Origin: Candidatus Micrarchaeota archaeon
Lineage (GTDB): Archaea > B1Sed10-29 > JAJSAI01
DNA length: 15,636 bases
Reading direction: 5' to 3'
Assembly: GCA_964625085.1 (NCBI GenBank)
Contig: CAZVAJ010000016.1
Span: forward strand, 1 to 15,636
The position numbers and the translations under genes are program-made. Positions 6,888 through 14,715 of this stretch are shown here, piece by piece; position 1 is the stretch's first letter, and every line of letters starts with the position of its first letter. Below the pieces are notes generated by a model, which had not been told where the DNA came from, did not search any database, and saw only the letters and a list, made by a program, of their open reading frames with translations.

Positions 6888-7473
6888 TTTTGAAGTGAGG
6901 ATGTGCTCCGAGGATGTAACAACAGGATCTGTTAGAGAGTTCATGTCTAATGTACGCTATCATTCTAACAAGATTTTTGGGTACGGAATCTCTGATTACA
7001 ACTACTCGACAGAAAGGTTTGCTGATTTGGTTCTAAACGGGAAAGGGGGTTTTTTCGGCGTATGGTTTGACAGTGAAGGAACTGATGGGTACACGTTCGG
7101 TTTGAGCAGAAAGGAAGATAAGTTCATGATCCTTCTTGAATACAGTCCGAATAACAACTTACCAAGGTTTTTGAATCATGTTAAGAATATTTATGATGTA
7201 TTCAGCCCGTCTGTTGGTTTTGCATATAATCCGGAGTTTATAGAAGAGACCGAAGTTAAGCAAGGGAAAAACCTCCCCCATTACTTCGAGTGGTTCTGGA
7301 TCCTTGGCCCTGAGCTCGCCGAACAATACGACCTCTCAAAAATACCGGCAGCATTCCAAATCAAAAAACTCCAAGACGGAGGAGTAATAATACTCGACCC
7401 AAACCCACTAAACTCCAAAATAACCGAGCAAGACAAAAGAAAACTGTACAAACTGCCTAAGAAGAGGATATAA
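6880..7473 (+). CDS. Putative immunity protein for the orphan nuclease (C-terminus reminiscent of Imm52/DUF5953-like proteins)
   Basis: 197 aa, overlaps the orphan toxin end by 8 nt, no signal peptide. The C-terminal WFWILGPEL....IPAAFQIKKLQDGGVIIL.PNP pattern resembles immunity proteins found beside REase-fold toxins. Confidence 0.65.
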   Translation: MSDFEVRMCSEDVTTGSVREFMSNVRYHSNKIFGYGISDYNYSTERFADLVLNGKGGFFGVWFDSEGTDGYTFGLSRKEDKFMILLEYSPNNNLPRFLNHVKNIYDVFSPSVGFAYNPEFIEETEVKQGKNLPHYFEWFWILGPELAEQYDLSKIPAAFQIKKLQDGGVIILDPNPLNSKITEQDKRKLYKLPKKRI

Positions 7474-7556
7474 GTAGGTTATTTGGAAAAAACAGAATAA
7501 AAGTCTTGAATAAAGAGTTAATTTTCCCAAAATACGGCAATTTTCCAGGTTAGTTA

Positions 7557-7600
7557 GGGATAGTTTTTTATTATAAAAATTTCCAAACTAATAAGGGGGT
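7557..7600 (+). promoter_or_regulatory. Putative promoter (purine-rich BRE, TATA-like tract) and G-rich SD of the pilus operon
   Basis: GGGATAG-TTTTTTATTATAAAA about 30-40 nt before the GTG at 7605; AGGGGG at 7594-7599. Confidence 0.45.
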
Positions 7601-7604
7601 TTAG

Positions 7605-9656
7605 GTGACAGAATACTATACCGAAAGAATTCTTGGAAAAAAAGTCCTGAACGTGGACTTTACAGGCACTAATATCTCAGCAAGCTTGAATGATCCGAAG
7701 TGTTTCCAAACGGTTTGCAAGACCCTGCGCGTGGAGAACCCTGACAGGATAGTGCTGATAAAAGACTACCGCGCAGAGTACGGAGAGCGCGACACAAACT
7801 GGCTTAAGATCTACGCCCGGGCAAGAATCTCCTTTGATTTCGGGAAAAAAGTGCTAAAGAAACTGCCTGAACTCAAGAGGGTCCAGGAAAACCTGCAGCT
7901 CCTGCTTAACTCCAACCCAGAAAAAGCACTGGAGGAAACGAGAAAACTGCTCAAGGAAGGCCTGCCCGTGAAAAACGCTGCGCGCCACGGGCAGGAGACC
8001 GCTATCGCGCTTGCTGCGCTCAAAAAACTTGAGAACAGGCTCAGGGACGTTGGGGTTGCAAACCCCGGGAAAATGGTTCCAGTGATGGTTCCGTCATTTG
8101 TTTCATCACACATAATCCCCGTCAACGGGAAGAAAACTTTGCTTTCCTCTTATTCTGTAAAAGGGTCCAAGGTCAACGTTTACGCAGTGCAGGGAATGCA
8201 GGAAAACTACTACGAGCTCAAGCCAAAGGAGCTCGGCCTGCACGCAGACGAGGTGAAAACAGTCTGGAAAACACTGGAAGAACTTGCAGGAAAAGAAGAA
8301 GACATTCCAGTGCACGGGCTCAGAGAAAGATTCAAGGAGCTTGCAGAACAATCCCTAGGAGAAGAGCACAAGAAGCTCGCGGACATAATCGCGGTGCACT
8401 CAGCAGGGTACGGCCTGCTGGAAACCCTTCTGTCAGACGAAAAAGTGCAGGACGTGTACCTTGACTCTCCAGGAGGTAACAGAATATACCTGTACCACGA
8501 GGACCATGAGGAATGCGTGACAAACATCGTGCACACGAATCTTGATCTGGAAAAACTTTCGGCAAGGTTCAGGGCTGTTTCAGGCAGACCTTTCGATGAA
8601 TCAAGCCCGGTAATAGACACAGAACTGGCAGACCTTGGGGTTAGGGTCTGCGGAGTAAGAGAACCTGCAACATTTCAGGGAACTGGCTTCGCGTTCAGAA
8701 GGCATAAAACAAGCCCATGGACCCTTCCAGAGTTCATAAACGTTGGAATGATAGACAGTTATACAGCAGGCCTGCTTTCGTTCCTTGTTGATGCTCAGAA
8801 ATCCATACTCGTTACTGGGCCCAGGGGAAGCGGAAAAACAAGCTTCCTTTCAGCACTGCTCGCAGAACTTCCCACAAGCTACAGGGTAATAGCAATAGAA
8901 GACACGCCAGAACTTCCAGTGAACCAGCTTACCGTCCTTGGAAGAAAAGTGCAGCACCTTAGAGTAGCTCCTGCAATCTCAAGAGAATCCTACGAGCTCA
9001 TGCCAGAAGAATCACTGAGAACAGCACTCAGACTTGGAGAATCAGTACTGGTCATAGGAGAAGTTAGAGGCGCAGAAGCAAAAGCCCTTTTTGAAGCAAT
9101 GAGGGTGGGTGCAGCAGGAAACGCGGTAATGGGAACAATACACGGATCGTCAGCGTACGACACGTGGGACAGGATAGTGAACGATCTCGGCGTGCCGAGC
9201 ACCAGCTTCAAGGCAACAGACGTAGTAGTAAGCCTTGCTGCTTTCAGAGAATCAGAAGCACTCTCGAGAAGAAGAAGACTTGTAAGCATAACAGAAGTCA
9301 AAAAAGACTGGAAAACAGACCCCCTGCGCGAAAAGGGATTCAACGACCTCCTCTCTTACGATCCTAAAAAAGACGCTTTCAGGAAAAAACAACTTGCCAA
9401 CAGCCAGCTGTTCAAGAAGATAGCGTGGTCAAAAGGCATTACAGTCCAGCAGGCCATGAAAGCAGTTGAAGCCAGGGCAAAGGTTAAGAAAGCCCAGGTT
9501 GACCTTGCCAGGAAAACAGGAAAACAGAAACTGCTCGGGTTGGAGATGACCGCGCTCATAAACCAAAAGTACTACGCAGAAGTGACCGTGGGTAAAAAAC
9601 CGGACTACCAAAAGGCGGTCAGAAAAGTGATAAACTGGATGGGTGAACAAGTTTGA
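7605..9656 (+). CDS. Type IV pilus/type II-IV secretion assembly ATPase (TadA/CpaF/FlaI/VirB11 superfamily)
   Basis: Walker A GPRGSGKTS (from 8817), Asp box IAIEDTPEL, LRTALR, Walker B LVIGEVRG, His box TIHG; N-terminal AGYGLLETLLSDEKVQDVY. Confidence 0.95.
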   Translation: MTEYYTERILGKKVLNVDFTGTNISASLNDPKCFQTVCKTLRVENPDRIVLIKDYRAEYGERDTNWLKIYARARISFDFGKKVLKKLPELKRVQENLQLLLNSNPEKALEETRKLLKEGLPVKNAARHGQETAIALAALKKLENRLRDVGVANPGKMVPVMVPSFVSSHIIPVNGKKTLLSSYSVKGSKVNVYAVQGMQENYYELKPKELGLHADEVKTVWKTLEELAGKEEDIPVHGLRERFKELAEQSLGEEHKKLADIIAVHSAGYGLLETLLSDEKVQDVYLDSPGGNRIYLYHEDHEECVTNIVHTNLDLEKLSARFRAVSGRPFDESSPVIDTELADLGVRVCGVREPATFQGTGFAFRRHKTSPWTLPEFINVGMIDSYTAGLLSFLVDAQKSILVTGPRGSGKTSFLSALLAELPTSYRVIAIEDTPELPVNQLTVLGRKVQHLRVAPAISRESYELMPEESLRTALRLGESVLVIGEVRGAEAKALFEAMRVGAAGNAVMGTIHGSSAYDTWDRIVNDLGVPSTSFKATDVVVSLAAFRESEALSRRRRLVSITEVKKDWKTDPLREKGFNDLLSYDPKKDAFRKKQLANSQLFKKIAWSKGITVQQAMKAVEARAKVKKAQVDLARKTGKQKLLGLEMTALINQKYYAEVTVGKKPDYQKAVRKVINWMGEQV

Positions 9657-11506
9657 ACTATGTTCAAGCCTGCAAGAAATTCGGCAGCCCTCTGTTCTGC
9701 AGAACAGAACCAGAAGTAAGCGCCGAGTTCAGGATAGCCTTGGAGTTTTTGGAATGGGACATCACGCCCCAGCAGGTGATAGCATTCTCAAGGCTTGCTG
9801 CTTTAGTCTCTGCAATCGCGCTTATTCCAGCCGCTGTCTTTAACATAATCTTCGCACCACTAGTGCTGATAATACCTTTTGCCTTGCTTCACGTTATCAC
9901 AGAACATCCCAAGTACGCTGCAGGCCAAAAGGCTGCAGAAGCACTAAGCACAATACCCCGGACATTCAATCACCTTGTCATAAGCCTGAAGCAGTCTCCA
10001 AACCTTGAGCAAGGAATAAGATTCGCTGCCGAAAACGGAGAAGGCTGGCTTGCAGACTCCTTCCGCAGAATATACTGGAAAGTGTGGACAGGGAAAACAC
10101 GCAATGCCAAGCACGGGCTCATCAGTCTCGGAGAAAAAAGCAAAAATTTCATGCCCGAGTTCGAGAGGGCAGTTACTCTTGTTAATTCAGCAGTGTCAGA
10201 AAAAGACAGGCAAAAACGCAATTCTTCATTGGATCATTCTCTAGAAGTCCTGCTTTCAGGGGCCAAGAACAGAGTAAGATCGTATGTCGGCAGCCTCTTT
10301 CTGCCAACGCTCATACTATTCAGCCTGGGCAGCATCCTGCCTCTAATCTTTATCTCCCTGCTTCCGGTTACGTCCTTCTTCGGGATGAGCATGGGATCTC
10401 CTAGGGAAATCATAATAATCCTCTCGGCCACGCTTGTAGTCATAGGCGCATACTCGCAAAAAATCCTGTCGAGCAGACCACCTTCTTTCACGGTCCGCAC
10501 GCCAGAAAGCGAGCTGCCTGCTTGGAAGACAATAGTGCACGGCAAAAAAGTAAACATAATACTATTATTTGCTGCACTATTCCTGCTTACCAGCGGCATC
10601 GGAATTTTCTACCTGCTTTCAGAAGCAGGCCTGATCGTGTTCAAAACAGGCCTCCCGTTATTCGATGAGTTTGGAACCATGTTTGCAGTAGCAGGAGCCG
10701 CAGCCAGCATAAGCATCACTGCTTGGGCGTGGTACAAGCCCAGAATAAAAGAGTCAAAAGAAATTAACGAGCTCGAAGAACAAGCACTTGATGCAGCATA
10801 CCACCTGAGCGCAAGACTCTCTGACGGAAAACCACTAGAAGAATCAGTAGGTTTCGTGGCAACCTCAATGCCCGGAACAAAAACCGCGGAACTGTTCAAA
10901 ACAGTCTGGAACAATATTAGAAGAAGAGCAATCTCCATAGAACAGGCTTTCACAGACCCGCGGACAGGAGTCCTGAACAAAACAAAGTCAAGCACCCTGC
11001 GCACCCTGTTCAGGCTAGCGCTTTCAGGAAGCAAAAAGGGAACAAGAGAAGCTGCAGACGCGCTCATGACCTTCGCAAGACAACTTGAAGACCTGCGTGA
11101 CGCTGAAAAAACCATGAAAGAAATGATACAAAAGAACATAAGCATGCTCAAGGCAACAGTAGCATTCTTTGGGCCTGTGGTGGCAGGGATAGTAGTGACA
11201 CTGCACGAAATAGTTCAGAGCGCGATTATTTCAGCAAAGCACGCGATGACGTCCGTCAACACACAGTACAACCTTTTTTCAGGCCTGTCCGGAATAGGTG
11301 AAAAAATGGTGTCAGTACAAGCAATGCAGGCAATAATAGGAATATACATCCTTTTGCTCAGCGTAGTACTCATCAGGTACGTTACCCTGATAGAACAAGG
11401 AGAGGATAAAACAGCTTTCGCGTACAACCTGGCAAGATACATGCCAGTAGTGGCTGTTGTTTTCATGCTGACCAGAATGGTCTCAAAAATGGTAATAGGA
11501 GGATGA
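9653..11506 (+). CDS. Membrane platform protein, TadB/TadC/FlaJ-like (two T2SSF-like halves)
   Basis: 617 aa with about 8 TM segments and two soluble domains (LVISLKQSPNLEQGI; LSARLSDGKPLEESV); TTGA overlap with the ATPase. Confidence 0.88.
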   Translation: MNYVQACKKFGSPLFCRTEPEVSAEFRIALEFLEWDITPQQVIAFSRLAALVSAIALIPAAVFNIIFAPLVLIIPFALLHVITEHPKYAAGQKAAEALSTIPRTFNHLVISLKQSPNLEQGIRFAAENGEGWLADSFRRIYWKVWTGKTRNAKHGLISLGEKSKNFMPEFERAVTLVNSAVSEKDRQKRNSSLDHSLEVLLSGAKNRVRSYVGSLFLPTLILFSLGSILPLIFISLLPVTSFFGMSMGSPREIIIILSATLVVIGAYSQKILSSRPPSFTVRTPESELPAWKTIVHGKKVNIILLFAALFLLTSGIGIFYLLSEAGLIVFKTGLPLFDEFGTMFAVAGAAASISITAWAWYKPRIKESKEINELEEQALDAAYHLSARLSDGKPLEESVGFVATSMPGTKTAELFKTVWNNIRRRAISIEQAFTDPRTGVLNKTKSSTLRTLFRLALSGSKKGTREAADALMTFARQLEDLRDAEKTMKEMIQKNISMLKATVAFFGPVVAGIVVTLHEIVQSAIISAKHAMTSVNTQYNLFSGLSGIGEKMVSVQAMQAIIGIYILLLSVVLIRYVTLIEQGEDKTAFAYNLARYMPVVAVVFMLTRMVSKMVIGG

Positions 11507-11510
11507 AAAA

Positions 11511-11729
11511 ATGAGAGATTTGATCTTGGCAATAAAAACCATGGCAAGAGCCAAAAGAGGAGTTGAGGGACTCCCACTAAAGTACGCCATAATACTGCTA
11601 GTAGCAGCAATAGCAATAGGAATGGCAGTGTACGTGGCTACAACAATGTCTGGAGGAGTGCAGTCAGGAGTAAACCAGATCAACCAGACCCTAGGAGAAC
11701 AACTCAACAAGAGCCTGAATATATCATGA
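11511..11729 (+). CDS. Small type IV pilin-like protein (probable major pilin) with class III signal peptide
   Basis: Basic leader RAKRG|VEGLPLKY followed by hydrophobic AIILLVAAIAIGMAVYV; 72 aa; GGAGG SD. Confidence 0.85.
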   Translation: MRDLILAIKTMARAKRGVEGLPLKYAIILLVAAIAIGMAVYVATTMSGGVQSGVNQINQTLGEQLNKSLNIS

Positions 11730-12148
11730 GGCGGGGAATAGAGGGAACGCCTGTCAGGCTAATGCTGTCCATCTTCCTAATGGCAGTAGTCCTAGTGCTG
11801 GCGTTCTACGAAATAAACGCCTTCAACGAGTTCAACGACAGGAGACACTTTGTCCAGAGCGTGACCGTTCTCGTTAACGGGATGATCTCACTGGCCAAGA
11901 CAAGTGATCCAGGCAGTTTCATGATGGTGACACTGAACATTCCGGCAAACTCCAGCATAATCCTGGATAACCAGACGAACAAGATAACAGCAGTGTACCA
12001 TAATGAAAAAACAGAATACAACATAACAGGAAGGCTACTGTGGTCAAGGTACTACAACACGAGCACGCGCCAAGTACAGTTATACTACGGTGATCCAGGT
12101 CAAGAAAAAGCAGGAGACCAGAACATGATAGCATTCGTCCCAGGGTGA
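11726..12148 (+). CDS. Pilin-like protein with class III signal peptide
   Basis: MRRG|IEGTPVRLMLSIFLMAVVLVLAF; ATGA overlap; several N-x-S/T sequons. Confidence 0.85.
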   Translation: MRRGIEGTPVRLMLSIFLMAVVLVLAFYEINAFNEFNDRRHFVQSVTVLVNGMISLAKTSDPGSFMMVTLNIPANSSIILDNQTNKITAVYHNEKTEYNITGRLLWSRYYNTSTRQVQLYYGDPGQEKAGDQNMIAFVPG

Positions 12149-12154
12149 AGTGCA

Positions 12155-12505
12155 TTGAAAGGATTCATTTCATGGATGTCATCAAAACTGGCAGTACTCC
12201 TGTTCGGTGTGGCGCTGTTCAGTGCGATGACAGAACTGTACCTTGTTGCAAAAGACTACCATGACAAGGCACTGGTCATCAGCGACATGAACCTGATCAA
12301 AAGCACAGCAGTAATGCTTCCAGAAAACGGGGTCCAGAACCTCACGCTAAGCAGAAAAAGGAACATTTCCCTTTCAGGATCCTCGTGTACGCTCCAGATA
12401 GACGGGCTTAACACAACCCTGTTTGAACAGTCATGCCGACAGTCCAACAAAATCAGCCAGCTGATAACAGTCAAAAAATCAGCAGGAGTGGTAAAAATTG
12501 ATTGA
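12155..12505 (+). CDS. Minor pilin-like protein
   Basis: TTG start with GGTGA SD; MKG|FISWMSSKLAVLLFGVALF. Confidence 0.75.
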   Translation: MKGFISWMSSKLAVLLFGVALFSAMTELYLVAKDYHDKALVISDMNLIKSTAVMLPENGVQNLTLSRKRNISLSGSSCTLQIDGLNTTLFEQSCRQSNKISQLITVKKSAGVVKID

Positions 12506-12830
12506 CGAAGACATTCCTGCATTGATTCCGGCAGCAGTAATTATCACCGCAACATTCCTAGCAGTAATGCAGGCTATGGTGGGACAAGCAGTAGCATGGA
12601 ATGACATACAGCAGAGGACTGCTTTGTACAACGCAGCAGACCACGCGTGGGAAAAAATAGGTGGAGATTACCACGATCAAGTCATTGAGTTACAAGGATA
12701 CTGCATAACCCTCAAAAACAGCTCAGGACAGATAGTGTTCCAGTCAGGCTCAGACTGCAGTTCAGGAGCAGTTGAAGTACTACCAGTGAGGGTGAATGGA
12801 AAGATGGGAAGGATGGAGGTCAGAGCATGA
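12498..12830 (+). CDS. Minor pilin-like/N-terminally anchored protein lacking an obvious class III leader
   Basis: TTG start with GGAGTGG SD, overlaps both neighbours; N-terminal hydrophobic helix IPALIPAAVIITATFLAVM; Cys pair. Confidence 0.7.
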   Translation: MIDEDIPALIPAAVIITATFLAVMQAMVGQAVAWNDIQQRTALYNAADHAWEKIGGDYHDQVIELQGYCITLKNSSGQIVFQSGSDCSSGAVEVLPVRVNGKMGRMEVRA

Positions 12831-13276
12831 AAGGTCAGCTCATGATTGACGTGCTCATGATGGTGCTCTCCTTTTCAGTAATACTCATCGCAGTGTTCGG
12901 CACAAGCTCTTTTGACACAGACCAGCTTGCTTACAGACACGACTATTCAGTAAACCAGAAAACCCTTATTTCAGTGCTTCAGGCAAACTACACACTAAAC
13001 TCCCGGACCGGGAGAGGCATTGACTTTCTTGTCACAGGAGACAGTCTTGCTGACCTCTCCCAGCAGATGAACCAAACACTGTACCAGCTGAACAAAGGCG
13101 AAAGAAACTACATCCTTTACTCTCCAGGCAGGCTCTGGGCGTACGACAAACAACCGACCGTGTGTATGGAACAAATCCCGGTCGCAAGAATGGAGTACGA
13201 AACAAACTCCGGAGAAAAAATAACAGTACTCTACGGAAGCTGGCCCTCGTGGATGGAACTGCCTGAAACCTGCTGA
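12827..13276 (+). CDS. Minor pilin-like protein with class III signal peptide
   Basis: MKG|QLMIDVLMMVLSFSVILIAVF (Q at +1, acidic residue at +5); GGAGG SD; ATGA overlap. Confidence 0.85.
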   Translation: MKGQLMIDVLMMVLSFSVILIAVFGTSSFDTDQLAYRHDYSVNQKTLISVLQANYTLNSRTGRGIDFLVTGDSLADLSQQMNQTLYQLNKGERNYILYSPGRLWAYDKQPTVCMEQIPVARMEYETNSGEKITVLYGSWPSWMELPETC

Positions 13277-13287
13277 AGGTGATCCAG

Positions 13288-13401
13288 ATGTTTGGACTTG
13301 AGAAGATAGAAAAGCTTGAAAAACAGGTTAAGGACCTGCAAAGAAGAGTTGAACAGCTTGAAGAAGAAGTGAACGTACTCAGAAAGAAGGGAAGAAAGTG
13401 A
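13288..13401 (+). CDS. 37-aa leucine-zipper/coiled-coil microprotein (not in the ORF track)
   Basis: AGGTGAT SD, then MFGLEKIEKLEKQVKDLQRRVEQLEEEVNVLRKKGRK*. It fills the operon gap and its TGA overlaps the next GTG (GTGA). Confidence 0.8.
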   Translation: MFGLEKIEKLEKQVKDLQRRVEQLEEEVNVLRKKGRK

Positions 13402-13817
13402 AAGGATACATGGTGACCCCGATAATATTCATAGCGCTCTTTTTGACAGCTGCAGCACTAATCTTCAACCACCTGCAGCTGAGCGCAGAGAACGACAAAC
13501 AGGTTTCAGCCAACCTTCTTTCAGCAGGCGCAAGAAACGAGTACTGGAAAAAAATGATCTCCTGTTCCGCAAGAGCATACGAGACAATAAAAAACGAGCG
13601 CCAGCCGGGCAGATTAGGAATGCAAGCGCTCATAGAACAAAGAATACAAGAACATGATCACATTACCACCAGCGTGCTACTGGAGAACGTTTCAGGAAAC
13701 GTGAAGGTGACTATAGTCCCGCAGGACTATCTTGTGAAAGAAGAAGGGCTGTTGTTCAACTACACCGGAAAAACATATTCAACACTGTTGGGAGAAGAAT
13801 ACACGTTTACGGGATGA
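13398..13817 (+). CDS. Minor pilin-like protein
   Basis: MKG|YMVTPIIFIALFLTAAALIF; GTG start overlapping the upstream stop. Confidence 0.75.
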   Translation: MKGYMVTPIIFIALFLTAAALIFNHLQLSAENDKQVSANLLSAGARNEYWKKMISCSARAYETIKNERQPGRLGMQALIEQRIQEHDHITTSVLLENVSGNVKVTIVPQDYLVKEEGLLFNYTGKTYSTLLGEEYTFTG

Positions 13818-13821
13818 TACT

Positions 13822-14715
13822 ATGTCAAAAATAAGAGAAGGGGACGTGGTGCTTTCGCTTCTGAAAAATCCTGTCACTGAAGCCTTGTCAGTTAAGGCCA
13901 TTGCAGAGCATGCAGGAGTCTCTGACAAGACTATAAGCAGGATGATAAAAAATAACCGCCTGCCAAAATTTAGAGTAAGCCTTAACTACCCTCTTCTAAG
14001 GGTGTTTACGCTGCTAGTGTACTGCGAGAGCAGCATTCAATTAGACGAAGAAGACTTCAAGGGCATACCCTTCGTGGAAGAAGTATACGTTACCGATTCC
14101 TTCAAGAACGAGTACTTCATCAAAATGAAAGTGCTCAAGTACAACATGATATTCCCTGCCCTAAAAAAATTAAGAGAACTGGTTGCAGCAGACTATTTTG
14201 TCACGAACATCGCGTACGATTACCTGTATGATACTCTGCTTCCCCAGGATAGCAGATACTTTGACGTGAAAAGAGAACACTTGGACGAGAAGGACTGGAA
14301 AGTGCTCTCTGCACTGAACGAAAATCCCCTGAGGCCCATTAACGAGATCGCGTCAGAAATACGCATTCCAGTGCAAACGGTCAGCTACAGAATCAACAAG
14401 ATGGGATCAAAAAACATAATCCTTGGATACCCTGTGTTCCCAGAGCCAAGTGTAATAGAACAAGCAGGCCTCAGAACCTACTTGTACTTGGCAAGGAGGT
14501 GGGACCCAATAAACTTTGATCCAGAGGTAATTAACGTATCAATGCACTACTTCCATGCAGGATACAACATAGGAGGGGTAGTGTTCGCGAAAAGTTCGGC
14601 AGTGCTAAAAAAAGGGCTCAAAGGATCTGACCGGGCAGTAGTATTCAAAATAAAAGACATCATTCAAAACAACTGGATGGAGGGATTGTGGGATGAAAGG
14701 AATAAACGAGGCTAA
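13822..14715 (+). CDS. Lrp/AsnC-like transcriptional regulator with two tandem HTH+RAM-like modules
   Basis: N-terminal HTH (SVKAIAEHAGVSDKTISRMIK) and an internal AsnC-type HTH (LDEKDWKVLSALNENPLRPINEIASEIRIPVQTVSYRINKM...IILGY). Confidence 0.8.
   Translation: MSKIREGDVVLSLLKNPVTEALSVKAIAEHAGVSDKTISRMIKNNRLPKFRVSLNYPLLRVFTLLVYCESSIQLDEEDFKGIPFVEEVYVTDSFKNEYFIKMKVLKYNMIFPALKKLRELVAADYFVTNIAYDYLYDTLLPQDSRYFDVKREHLDEKDWKVLSALNENPLRPINEIASEIRIPVQTVSYRINKMGSKNIILGYPVFPEPSVIEQAGLRTYLYLARRWDPINFDPEVINVSMHYFHAGYNIGGVVFAKSSAVLKKGLKGSDRAVVFKIKDIIQNNWMEGLWDERNKRG

Noticed and set aside
801..7174. 13-bp direct repeat CCAAGGTTTTTGA at 801-813 and 7162-7174 as att sites or target duplication
   Set aside because: A 13-mer match is expected by chance in a window this size, the second copy is inside a CDS, and no integrase or transposase is present.
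7605..13817. Archaellum (arl/fla) operon or conjugative type IV secretion system
   Set aside because: No ArlH-like ATPase or archaellin-type N-termini, and no VirB4, coupling protein or relaxase in the window.
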